From assembly GCA_001776935.1 (NCBI GenBank), contig MFDN01000014.1, positions 1,464 to 65,463 on the forward strand: DNA of 64,000 nt, given 5' to 3'. Below, piece after piece: positions 9,761 to 18,900 of the stretch. A program made the translations under genes and the position numbers. This stretch comes from Candidatus Daviesbacteria bacterium RIFCSPLOWO2_01_FULL_39_23 (GTDB lineage: Bacteria > Patescibacteriota > Microgenomatia > Daviesbacterales > UBA10151). The notes beneath the pieces are model-generated. The model searched no databases. It saw only the letters and a program-made list of their open reading frames with translations, and was not told where the DNA came from. The stretch's first letter is position 1, and the number at the start of each line of letters is the position of its first letter.

Positions 9761-10711
9761 ATGAACTGGGTTGATTTTGTCATTGTTGGCGCTTTAATAT
9801 TTTTCGCCCTTACTGCAATAGGAAGGTCATTTTTGTCTGAGCTTTTAGATTTGATAAGCTTTTTATTGGCGGGGTTTTTGTCTTTCCTTTACTATAACCT
9901 GCCGGCAAAATTTTTTGAGAGTCAGTTTCAAATTCCACACGGACTATCTTTAGTACTGGGATTTATGGTAGTCTGGTTTTTTTCCGAGATTTTTTTCTTT
10001 CTTATGGTCAGACTTTTACTGCCTGTGCTTCCTGCTGTTAAGATCCCCGGGTCAAAAATTTTATCTATGGTTCCCGCTGCCCTGCGGGGCTTAGTATTTA
10101 TCAGTCTGGCTTTGGTTTTAACTTCAACTTTTCCTATCCAGCCTGTTATCAAGAAGTCTGTACTGGAATCAGTTTTAGGAAGCAAGATCCTAAAATATGC
10201 CTATAATCTGGAGGCTCCTGTTAAAAGCGTGTTCGGAGGTGTAGCAAACGATTCCTTAACATTTTTAACCATAAAGCCTAAAACAGATGAAAGGGTTAAT
10301 TTAGGCTTTCAAACATCACAACTAACAGCAGATCCGGTGAACGAAGCAGCAATGACAGGATTGGTAAACAAAGAAAGATCACTCCGCGGTTTGAATATTT
10401 TAGTTTCCGATCAAAAGCTCCGGGATGTGGCAAGATTGCATTCGGAAGATATGTTTAAGCGGGGTTATTTTTCCCACTTTTCGCCTGAGGAAGCAACTGT
10501 TGCAGACAGGGTGCAAAAAGCAGGGGTGAATTTTTTGGTTGTGGGAGAAAATCTGGCTTATGCCCCGGGTTTAGAACTTGCCCACAAAGGGCTTATGAAT
10601 TCAGAAGGGCACAGGGTAAATATTTTATCCGAAGACTATCATAAAATCGGTATTGGAGTTATGGATGGAGGAGTATATGGCATGATGTTCACCCAGGTTT
10701 TCAGCAACTGA
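9761..10711 (+). CDS. CvpA-like membrane domain fused to a CAP/SCP/PR-1 (YkwD-like) domain
   Basis: The N-terminus has 4 TM helices typical of the colicin V production protein family. The C-terminus GYFSHFSPEE...GENLAY...GLMNSEGHRVNILSEDYHKIGIGV matches the CAP-domain signature (HRxNIL...GxG). Confidence 0.65.
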   Translation: MNWVDFVIVGALIFFALTAIGRSFLSELLDLISFLLAGFLSFLYYNLPAKFFESQFQIPHGLSLVLGFMVVWFFSEIFFFLMVRLLLPVLPAVKIPGSKILSMVPAALRGLVFISLALVLTSTFPIQPVIKKSVLESVLGSKILKYAYNLEAPVKSVFGGVANDSLTFLTIKPKTDERVNLGFQTSQLTADPVNEAAMTGLVNKERSLRGLNILVSDQKLRDVARLHSEDMFKRGYFSHFSPEEATVADRVQKAGVNFLVVGENLAYAPGLELAHKGLMNSEGHRVNILSEDYHKIGIGVMDGGVYGMMFTQVFSN

Positions 10712-10754
10712 TTCTGTTAAGGTTACACCTTGGTCAAGGTGTAACCTTGGTAAA

Positions 10755-11351
10755 ATGGGACAAAATACAAAACTGCTTATAATAGTGAGTCTTCTGATAC
10801 TTTTCACAGGCTTTGCTTTTGTTTGGTTTGGTTTCAGGCAACCGGAGAGCGCTCCTACGCCAATTACTGAAACAGTACAACCTGAAGCCAGCTCTTCTGC
10901 CCGCCCGTTAGAAGCAGAGCAGGCTACTTTTGGCATAGAAGGAGAACGGGTTTTGGTCAAAAAAGTTGTGGACGGGGATACGATTGAGCTTGCAGATAAC
11001 CGGACTGTCCGTTTTATCGGCATAGATACTCCGGAAACCGTTGATCCGCGCCGGGCAGTTGGATGTTTTGGGAAAGAAGCCTCAAATGAAGTTAAAAATT
11101 TACTTTCAGGCAAAGAAATTATTTTGCAAAAAGACGTTTCTGAAACCGATAAATACAAAAGAATACTCCGTTATGTGTATCTTCCCATTAATGCAGGGGA
11201 AATGCTTTTTGTAAACGATTATCTTGTCAGGGAAGGCTTTGCCAAAGTTTTAACTTACCCTCCTGATGTTAAATTTAATGATGCTTTTAGGCAGGCAGAA
11301 AGGGAGGCGAAAGAAAATAAAAGGGGACTTTGGGGAAGATGCGGTGTATGA
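10755..11351 (+). CDS. Thermonuclease (staphylococcal nuclease / SNase family), secreted
   Basis: A signal/TM segment is followed by VVDGDTIEL...VRFIGIDTPET...YKRILRYVYL...REGFAK...ENKRGLWG, the canonical SNase motifs. Confidence 0.8.
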   Translation: MGQNTKLLIIVSLLILFTGFAFVWFGFRQPESAPTPITETVQPEASSSARPLEAEQATFGIEGERVLVKKVVDGDTIELADNRTVRFIGIDTPETVDPRRAVGCFGKEASNEVKNLLSGKEIILQKDVSETDKYKRILRYVYLPINAGEMLFVNDYLVREGFAKVLTYPPDVKFNDAFRQAEREAKENKRGLWGRCGV

Positions 11352-11384
11352 TAAACTAAATTAAGGGAACTACTTTCTGCAAAG

Positions 11385-11873
11385 ATGAAAAAGTTTGTTA
11401 TTCAGTCTGTTCTTTTGCTGGGGGTTATTATTATTGCGGTTTTTTTGTTTCAATCAAATGCCAGGGTGCCTGAACTGCCTTTTTTGCCGCGGCCTTCTGT
11501 TTTAGGGGAAGTGGAGATTAACGGAGCTTTGCTGAAGGTTGAGATTGCAGACACCCAGGATAAAAGAAGCAAAGGTTTAGGAGGAAAACAGCCCCTTGCG
11601 TCGGATGAAGGAATGCTTTTTATTTTTCCAAAAGCCGACAAGCATCCTTTTTGGATGAAAGGATTAAGTTTTCCATTGGACTTTGTATGGATTCGGGAAA
11701 ATAAAGTTGTGGATGTTTTACAAAATATTCCTCCGCCCCAGCCGGAGCAAACTGATGAATCCTTGCCAATTTATTCTTCCAACGAACCGGCGGATAAAGT
11801 ATTGGAAGTCTTAGCCGGAACAGCAAAAAGGTTGAATATTAAAGCAGGAGATTTGGTAAAGATTGAATTTTAA
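11385..11873 (+). CDS. DUF192 family protein
   Basis: A signal peptide is followed by LKVEIADTQDKRSKGLGG...GMLFIFP...HPFWMKGLSFPLDFVWI, a characteristic DUF192/COG1430 pattern. Confidence 0.75.
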   Translation: MKKFVIQSVLLLGVIIIAVFLFQSNARVPELPFLPRPSVLGEVEINGALLKVEIADTQDKRSKGLGGKQPLASDEGMLFIFPKADKHPFWMKGLSFPLDFVWIRENKVVDVLQNIPPPQPEQTDESLPIYSSNEPADKVLEVLAGTAKRLNIKAGDLVKIEF

Positions 11874-11875
11874 AA

Positions 11876-13378
11876 ATGATTGAGATTCTGCCCCTTAGGG
11901 TTTTAACAGATGAAGATACGCCAATTTTTGGCGCGTTAAATGTGGCGCTTGGCAAAATAAAAAGATCGGATTTTCCGGTTTGCGACGGAATAGTAATCAA
12001 CGCTCCCTGTTTTAAGCTGAAAGCAGTTTTGGAGCATTTTGATTTTGGTTCAAGAGAAGTTTTCGAGCAGTCGTTAACTTTGGTAAAAAAGGAAATCAGC
12101 TCTATTGCAGTGCCTGCAGTATTAGAAAAAGAAACAAAAGGAAAAAAGGGTTATTTCCTTAAAGGAAAGACATATAAATCCGTAAACTCGCTTTGGTCGG
12201 CGCTTCTTTCGATATGGATAGACCAAATAAAGCAAAGGCTTTGGAATAAAGGATTTTATGAAGGAATCACCGAAAACCTAGAACCGCTTTTTACGGCTTT
12301 TGTTAAGAAAGTTCAGGGGTTTGGTTCGGCCTCTTTTGATCAGTTTGAGGATGATACAGTTGTTTTGGTAAAATCCGGCAAACTGCACCCTTCTGATTAT
12401 AAAAAAATTTCAGACCTTGTGACTTTGGCAAATAAGAAATTATTTATTCCGCATGAATATGAGTGGGTTATAGACGCGGGAGTAAAGTTTGTTGGCGTGA
12501 AGCCGCATACTCCAAACCAGGATACTTTAACGACCCAGGCTGTAAAGATAAATCTGAATAGCGTGTCTTCAGTTGTCCCTGTAAGAGAAACAAAAAGCAC
12601 AGTTAAGGTATTTTTTGATCTATCCTCCGGTTTTGCTATAGAAAAAAACATTGACGGCGTTTATATTGCATCTGAAAAGATATTTGATTTAAATTTACCC
12701 AGCAAGTCTTTTGATAACTTGGTATTTAAAATTGTGGAAGCGGCTGTTACTTTTCCCTCCTCACCTGTTTTTTTAAAGCTTGCAGATAAATCAGAAGGGA
12801 TGGGAAAAATCCGGGGGGCTTTGCGGCTTTTGCACCAAAAAAACCTTTTTGAACCTTTGGCAGAAGCTGTTTCTTTTGCCCGTCATAAAAAGGGACTCGT
12901 TAATGTACACATTGTTATTCCTTTTGTCCGGGGGGTTAATGAACTTTTGCAGATTAAAAGAGATTTGGCTGTCAAAAAACTTTCAAGAAAAAATTCTCTG
13001 CAGCTTTGGATGGAGGTTTGTGTGCCGGAAAACATTATTAATATGGAAGAATATTTGCTGGCAGGGATTGACGGGGTGGTTTTAAATTTGAATGAACAGA
13101 TTGCCCATCTTAACGGTTTTGATCCCAAAGAGGAGGAGTTGTCTTTTTATAAAAATGAGGTGGAAGGGCTGATTAAATTTTTGGAGGATCCGATCAGGCT
13201 TTTACATAAATCCAAAATTCCTTTTATAGTTTGCGGAAGCATGGCCCTTTATCCCAAAGTTTTGGAGTTTTTAGTGGAAAAGGGTGTATGGGGAATAGTG
13301 GTGGAACGTTTTGAGGCTCACTCAATCAGGGATTTGCTTCACCAAACAGAAAAAAGAATGATTTTGAGAAGAATGTAA
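11876..13378 (+). CDS. Hypothetical protein; weak resemblance to the nucleotide-binding and TIM-barrel domains of PEP-utilising enzymes
   Basis: 500 aa. N-terminal G.K...L......PVCDGIVI resembles the PPDK/PEPS ATP-grasp entry. No phospho-His (GGxxSH) motif is present. The call is speculative. Confidence 0.4.
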   Translation: MIEILPLRVLTDEDTPIFGALNVALGKIKRSDFPVCDGIVINAPCFKLKAVLEHFDFGSREVFEQSLTLVKKEISSIAVPAVLEKETKGKKGYFLKGKTYKSVNSLWSALLSIWIDQIKQRLWNKGFYEGITENLEPLFTAFVKKVQGFGSASFDQFEDDTVVLVKSGKLHPSDYKKISDLVTLANKKLFIPHEYEWVIDAGVKFVGVKPHTPNQDTLTTQAVKINLNSVSSVVPVRETKSTVKVFFDLSSGFAIEKNIDGVYIASEKIFDLNLPSKSFDNLVFKIVEAAVTFPSSPVFLKLADKSEGMGKIRGALRLLHQKNLFEPLAEAVSFARHKKGLVNVHIVIPFVRGVNELLQIKRDLAVKKLSRKNSLQLWMEVCVPENIINMEEYLLAGIDGVVLNLNEQIAHLNGFDPKEEELSFYKNEVEGLIKFLEDPIRLLHKSKIPFIVCGSMALYPKVLEFLVEKGVWGIVVERFEAHSIRDLLHQTEKRMILRRM

Positions 13379-13498
13379 GTTGTATTTTGAAAGCGGTGAA
13401 GTCACAAGTAACCAAAAAATATTGATTGTTTTGTGTACACCAACCTAAATGATTGAGTTTAAGGACTTAATCACAAAATAATCACTAAGTGAGGAAGT

Positions 13499-14185
13499 TT
13501 ATTGAAGGTGAAATAATAAAATATATTCCCCTTTGGGTCCACCGGCTGGCGTATTTAAATCCTCAAGCCACTTGCTGATAGCTTGTTTCTTAACAGACTG
13601 ATGGATTTTAGTTAGTTCCTTGGCTAAAATAACCTCAATATCCCCAAAAATTTCCTTCATGTCAGATAAATCAGTACGGAGTTTATAAGGAGAAACAAAA
13701 AAAATAACAGTAGCATTTAGCTTCCCACATTCGATGTGGGAACGCAGATTTTTCAGTAAGTTTAGTCTTTGGCCGCTTTTTTCAGGCGGGTAGCCTAAAA
13801 ACATAAATTTATCAGGAGGAAGTCCGGATAAAGTTAATGAGGTGATTACAGAAGATGGGCCCGGGAGGGAGTCAACTTCCAGTCCCAAATTAATGCATTC
13901 CCTTACTAATTTATACCCGGGATCAGATATTAATGGGGTGCCGGCATCAGACACCAAAGCTAAGTTTTGACTGCATTTTAGTCGATCGACAATTATGCGT
14001 ATACTTTGAGCTTCGTTGTAGTCATTTAAAACAAGCAAAGGTTTTTGAATTTGGTAATGATTTAAAAGTTGAGCAGTCCTGCGGGTATCTTCACAAATTA
14101 TTGCGTCAACTTCTTTTAAAGTCTCAAGTGCCCTTAAAGTGATATCTTTTAAATTACCGATAGGTGTTGGAACAATATATAGCAT
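13499..14185 (-). CDS. rsmI: 16S rRNA (cytidine1402-2'-O)-methyltransferase RsmI
   Basis: MLYIVPTPIGNLKDITLRALETLKEVDAIICEDTRRT...LVSDAGTPLISDPG is the tetrapyrrole-methylase / RsmI signature. Confidence 0.85.
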   Translation of the reverse strand: MLYIVPTPIGNLKDITLRALETLKEVDAIICEDTRRTAQLLNHYQIQKPLLVLNDYNEAQSIRIIVDRLKCSQNLALVSDAGTPLISDPGYKLVRECINLGLEVDSLPGPSSVITSLTLSGLPPDKFMFLGYPPEKSGQRLNLLKNLRSHIECGKLNATVIFFVSPYKLRTDLSDMKEIFGDIEVILAKELTKIHQSVKKQAISKWLEDLNTPAGGPKGEYILLFHLQ

Positions 14186-14201
14186 AAAGGGAAGCAGGGA
14201 C

Positions 14202-14822
14202 TTATTTTCTGAATCTTTTTATAATACTGGCCCGGATTTCCGCATCAACCAGCATATGATGTAAAGCAGGCAGAATGGAGGCAATAATTATCAGTCCGAT
14301 AATCGGTAAAAGGTATTTATCAACATCAGGGATTAGGTTTCCTAAATAATACCCTGTTAAAGTCACGCCGATTGCCCAAAGCAATCCTCCTATTAAGTTG
14401 AAGCTGACAAATTTTTTGTAGTCCATTTTTCCGGCTCCTGCCACAACAGGTGCAAATGCCCTGATAACCGGCACAAACCTTGCTAAAATAATTGTTTTGC
14501 CGCCATGCTTATCGTAAAATTTCTGCGCCCTATCAAGATGCTTTTTTTGGAAAAGAAGGGAATTCTCTTTGTTAAAAATCTTCGGTCCCAGTTTTGATCC
14601 GATAAAATATCCGGCAGTATCACCTGCTACAGCAGCAATAAAGCAACCTATTATTAGTAAGGTGATATCTAAAAAACCTTTGGAGGCTAAGATTCCGGCG
14701 GTAAAAAGCAGGCTGTCGCCGGGGAAGAAAAATCCAACCAGCATTCCTGATTCCAAAAAAACAATGGCAAAAACCCCAAAATAGCCGGCAGTCTTAATTA
14801 AAGATTCAAGGTCAAAATGCAT
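14202..14822 (-). CDS. DedA/SNARE-associated family membrane protein
   Basis: GDSLLFTAGILA...RFVPVIRAFAPVVAGAGKMDYKKF are the DedA motifs. Confidence 0.85.
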   Translation of the reverse strand: MHFDLESLIKTAGYFGVFAIVFLESGMLVGFFFPGDSLLFTAGILASKGFLDITLLIIGCFIAAVAGDTAGYFIGSKLGPKIFNKENSLLFQKKHLDRAQKFYDKHGGKTIILARFVPVIRAFAPVVAGAGKMDYKKFVSFNLIGGLLWAIGVTLTGYYLGNLIPDVDKYLLPIIGLIIIASILPALHHMLVDAEIRASIIKRFRK

Positions 14823-14906
14823 TAAGACAGTATAACAGAAAAAATATTACATATATATTGTTACTTGTGCAGATTTATATTATAGTTAAAAATAATCTGC
14901 TTTTTC

Positions 14907-15167
14907 TTGCCCGAAATAAACATGGGAATATGTGAGAGATGTCCTTTATATAAGAAAATCAAGCTTTATGAAAAAGCAGGAAGAGATCGTGATTTGGCAA
15001 GGCAAGAGGGCAAAACACAAGGGATTGGTAATGACGTGGAGGGATTGGTAGAGCATTTTGCAAACACAGCAGAGATGCTTAAAATTGCTTGCAAGTCAGA
15101 ACTTTTATGCAGAAAGTATTTTCCCGAATTGGTAGTTCAGCAAGAAATGGCAAGTGTTAAAGTCTAA
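14907..15167 (+). CDS. Small hypothetical protein (Cys-containing)
   Basis: 86-aa ORF with CERCPLYKK...CK...C. It converges on lexA and overlaps its stop. No SD was evaluated, so the call is weak. Confidence 0.25.
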   Translation: MPEINMGICERCPLYKKIKLYEKAGRDRDLARQEGKTQGIGNDVEGLVEHFANTAEMLKIACKSELLCRKYFPELVVQQEMASVKV

Positions 15168-15781
15168 GCAAACCTGCGGATAACCCCCACACATTTTCCC
15201 TGAATTTTTACATCAGTTGCATAAATCGGCTGCATGGTGGAGTTGGCAGGTTCCAACCTTATCCTGTTGGGTTCTTTGAAGAATCTTTTTAAGGTGGCAA
15301 GTCCGTTTTCCAAAAGTGCCACTACAATATCTCCGTCAATTGCGGTATTTTGTTCCTCAATAATGACATAATCGCCGTCTAAGATACCCTCTTCTATCAT
15401 AGAATCACCCTTAACTTGTAAAACATAAGAGCGTTTTTTACCCGAGACCATAGAAGACGCCACTTTTATTGAGGCATCAGGGTCTGTATAGGTCATTATT
15501 GGCTGGCCTGCTGCAATAAATCCCAACACCGGCAATTCTATTCCTGCTAGAGCAGCAGAAATCTTTTGGTCAACAACCTCAATCCCTCTGACAGCGCCTT
15601 CGAATTTTTTAATGACGCCTTTTGTAACCAATGCCTGCAAATGTTCGTGTACTGTTGCCAAAGAAGAAACCCCGATGCTTTCGGCAATTTCTCCAAGGGT
15701 TGGGGAATAGCTGTACTTTTCAATGTATTGCTTTATAAAATCAAGGATTTGTTTTTGTCTTCTATATAATGTTATTGGCAT
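15164..15781 (-). CDS. lexA: LexA repressor (SOS regulator, S24 peptidase)
   Basis: An N-terminal winged HTH (LTKRQKQILDFIKQY...SPTLGEIAESIG) is followed by a C-terminal VKGDSMIEEGILDGDYVIIE...K catalytic Ser/Lys dyad region. Confidence 0.9.
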   Translation of the reverse strand: MPITLYRRQKQILDFIKQYIEKYSYSPTLGEIAESIGVSSLATVHEHLQALVTKGVIKKFEGAVRGIEVVDQKISAALAGIELPVLGFIAAGQPIMTYTDPDASIKVASSMVSGKKRSYVLQVKGDSMIEEGILDGDYVIIEEQNTAIDGDIVVALLENGLATLKRFFKEPNRIRLEPANSTMQPIYATDVKIQGKCVGVIRRFA

Positions 15782-15876
15782 AACCCCACACTACCAATAA
15801 AACCCGAAGGTGTCAAGATAGCAATTTCTCTTACAATTCCCTTACCGCTGTTTTGTAGTTCTCTAACACTACTGCT

Positions 15877-15900
15877 GTATTCTACTCATCATTAGAACAC
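15877..15900. promoter_or_regulatory. Inverted repeat GTATTCTA-N8-TAGAACAC in the lexA / giant-gene divergent region (candidate operator)
   Basis: The 8-bp arms are 7/8 complementary and lie about 95 bp upstream of the lexA start and immediately upstream of the ATG at 15903. It is not a canonical CGAAC-N4-GTTCG box. Confidence 0.3.
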
Positions 15901-15902
15901 CT

Positions 15903-18900
15903 ATGGCGGATTTTTTAAACGGCAATAAAATTTTTAATACTTTCAAAGAGCAGGTTTCAATATACCTAAATTCTTACAGTAAGCTTACGTCTCTGTGGTT
16001 GTTACCTTACAAACTTAAAGTAATCTACACACTATTGGAAAAAAATATGTTTAAGTTTTTTGCAAAGAAATCTATTACCCTAATTTCAATATTTTCATTA
16101 TTTATAAATATAATTTCACCTTTGGCTTTAGCCGGTCAAATTTATGCACAGGAAGCTTCCCCTGCTCCGGTTGTGGAAGAAGCCCCGGCTCCCTCTGCTA
16201 ATCCAGGCGAATCGCCAGTCCCAACTACTAATGAAAACACCCCGGCAGAAGCTTCTCCAGCTCCGGAGGTATCACCAACTCCTGAGCCTTCTCCGGTTGT
16301 AAGCCCTGAACCATCCCCTTCGCAGGTTTCAGAACCGGTATTGGAAGAAACTGCTAATGAATCTTCACCGGCAGCTGTTGTAGACCCGACTCCACAGGAG
16401 CAAACTTCTGCCACACCTGTTTGGCAAAATATTGCAGATAAAGAATTTACTACTTCTGAAAATGTAACTTTGGGTAATGAATATACTGCTCCCCAAAACG
16501 ATAAAGTAAAAGTCCAGTTTACAAAATTACCTGACCCTTCGGGAAAACTTACTATTAAAGAAGTAAAACTTACTCCTGAAGAAATGACATCTTTGGGAGC
16601 ATTTTCAGATACAGCCTACGACATCACCTCCACTATGTCTGATAGTACTTTTGAATATGACCTGACCCTGCCTTTACCGCAGGAGGCTCAAAACAAGGAA
16701 GTTGAAGTTAAAGCAGCAGAGACAGAAGAACAAATCTCACAGGCAACAGAAGTAACCGAGCAAAAGGAAAAGAAAACCCAGGATACTATTACTATAAAAG
16801 GCTTAAACCACTTTACAGTCTTTGTTATCACCACCCCAAGCCCTGATACTACTCAGAGAGTACTTATTAATGAAATACTGCCAAACCCGACTGCGGGTGC
16901 TGAATGGGTAGAATTTTTCAACAATGGCACTACCTCCGTAAACTTGGGGGCAGGTACAGGTTGGACAATTACAAACTCAGTAGGCAGTATACAGTCTCTT
17001 AGTGCACTGGGTACTATTCCTGCAGCAGGACGAGTAGTATTTGATGCTCCAGCAGGCTGGCTTTCCAATACTGCTCCGGAAACAATTACCATATCCAATG
17101 AGCTGGGCACAGTAGTTGATACTGTTACCGTATCTTTGATTGCTCCGGGTTTTGCAATTGACCACTATCCTTTAGCCGGAGAATCTGTTGGCAGAAGAAC
17201 AGACGGAGTTAACGAATGGTTGATTTTCACTACCCCGTCCAAAGGAACTGCCAATGTAGTACCGGTAGTTGGTGGGGCCGGACGGTTAGCTGAAGTTGGG
17301 CCTGTTGCCCCTGCAGGAGGACTTAGGGCAGGTTCCCCTAACTGGTACAGGGATAACAATAATTTAACACTTGAGCTGATGGAAGCAGCTGATGCAAACG
17401 GAATCTCCGCTCCTGTTGAGGCTGGCAATCCGTTTTCAGCCCAGATTGGTTTTGGAGCTGAAGGCTTCTGGTGGTCAGCTGAAGCTGATTTAACAACTTC
17501 TGCAGGCAGCGCGCTTTTAGTACAGGCAATTGAAGCAGCTTTTGCCGGTGAGTCAGCAGTTGACGGTGAACAGTCTTCTTTTGCCAGGATTAGGATTAGA
17601 GTTGATGTTGGCGAGCCGGGTACCTATATTGTTACTTATCCTTATGGTCAAAAGACCTATACTGTTACAACCCCTGGAGTTAGAGCTATTAATGATACTG
17701 TAGATATTGGCTGTTTTGCCCAGCCAGGCGTGAGCTGTGACCAGGTCGGTCAGCCTAACTTCTCCACACTGCTAAATGGCGGAATTGGGCCATTTTTAAC
17801 CTGGGATACTTTTAATTCGACCGGACCTTCTGACCCTGCTTTAAATATTGGCGGCAGAAGGTATGTGGGAACTGTTGCTACTCCGCATACAGTTAAAGGT
17901 TCCCCGACCGGTAATAATTTCTTCAGGATTCAGGGTCCGAATATCGGAGGCCCGGGGATCAATGTCATACAAACAAACCTTTTTACAGTCACCGGAAGAT
18001 TGGCAGGAGCAGGAGCTCCCGTTATAACCCTGCACGGTGCTAACCCTGTTAATGTATTGCAGAATGCGCCTTATACTGCAACAGAAGATGCCGGAGCCAC
18101 AGCTTTGGATGATGTGGATGGTAATTTGACAGCGAATATTCAAATAACCGGATTGCCGGTTAATACCGCCACAATAGGCGCTAAAACAGTAACTTATACA
18201 GTTACAGACAGTGCGGGCAATACTGCCACAGCCACAAGGACAGTAAATGTTGTAGAAACATCGGCAGTTGATGGAGTTGCCCCTGTAATAACCATTGCCG
18301 GTAATAACCCTGCCACGGTAGTAGCAGGAACTGCCTATATTGATGCAGGAGCTACAGCTTTGGATAATGTTGACGGCGCAGTGGCTGTATCTACAACAGG
18401 TTTGCCGGTTAATACATCAGTAGTTGGTTCTGCTACGGTTACATATACTGCAACTGATGCGGCCGGCAATACTGCAAGCCTTGACAGAATCGTCAATATA
18501 GTGGCAGATAATGTTGCCCCGACTATTACCATTACAGGTTCAAACCCGGTGTTTGTCTTCATCGGTGGAACCTATACGGATGCCGGTGCTACTTGCACAG
18601 ACAATGTAGACGGAGATTGTACTGCCTTAATAATCACTTCCGGTGCTGTGATTGATACTTCTGCTGCAGGTTCTCATACAGTTAATTATGCTTATACAGA
18701 CGCTGCCGGCAATAACACCAGCGTTAACAGGACTGTCAACGTAGCTGCTACCCTGCCCGCCGGATTGGTTGAAGTCGGACCTGTTGCTCCTGCAGGAGGG
18801 TTGGGGGCAGGTTTCCCGGAGTGGTACAAAGATTCAAACGCTTTAATCTTAGATTTAATGGAAGCGGCTGATCCTCACAGCATTTCCGCTCCTGTTGAAG

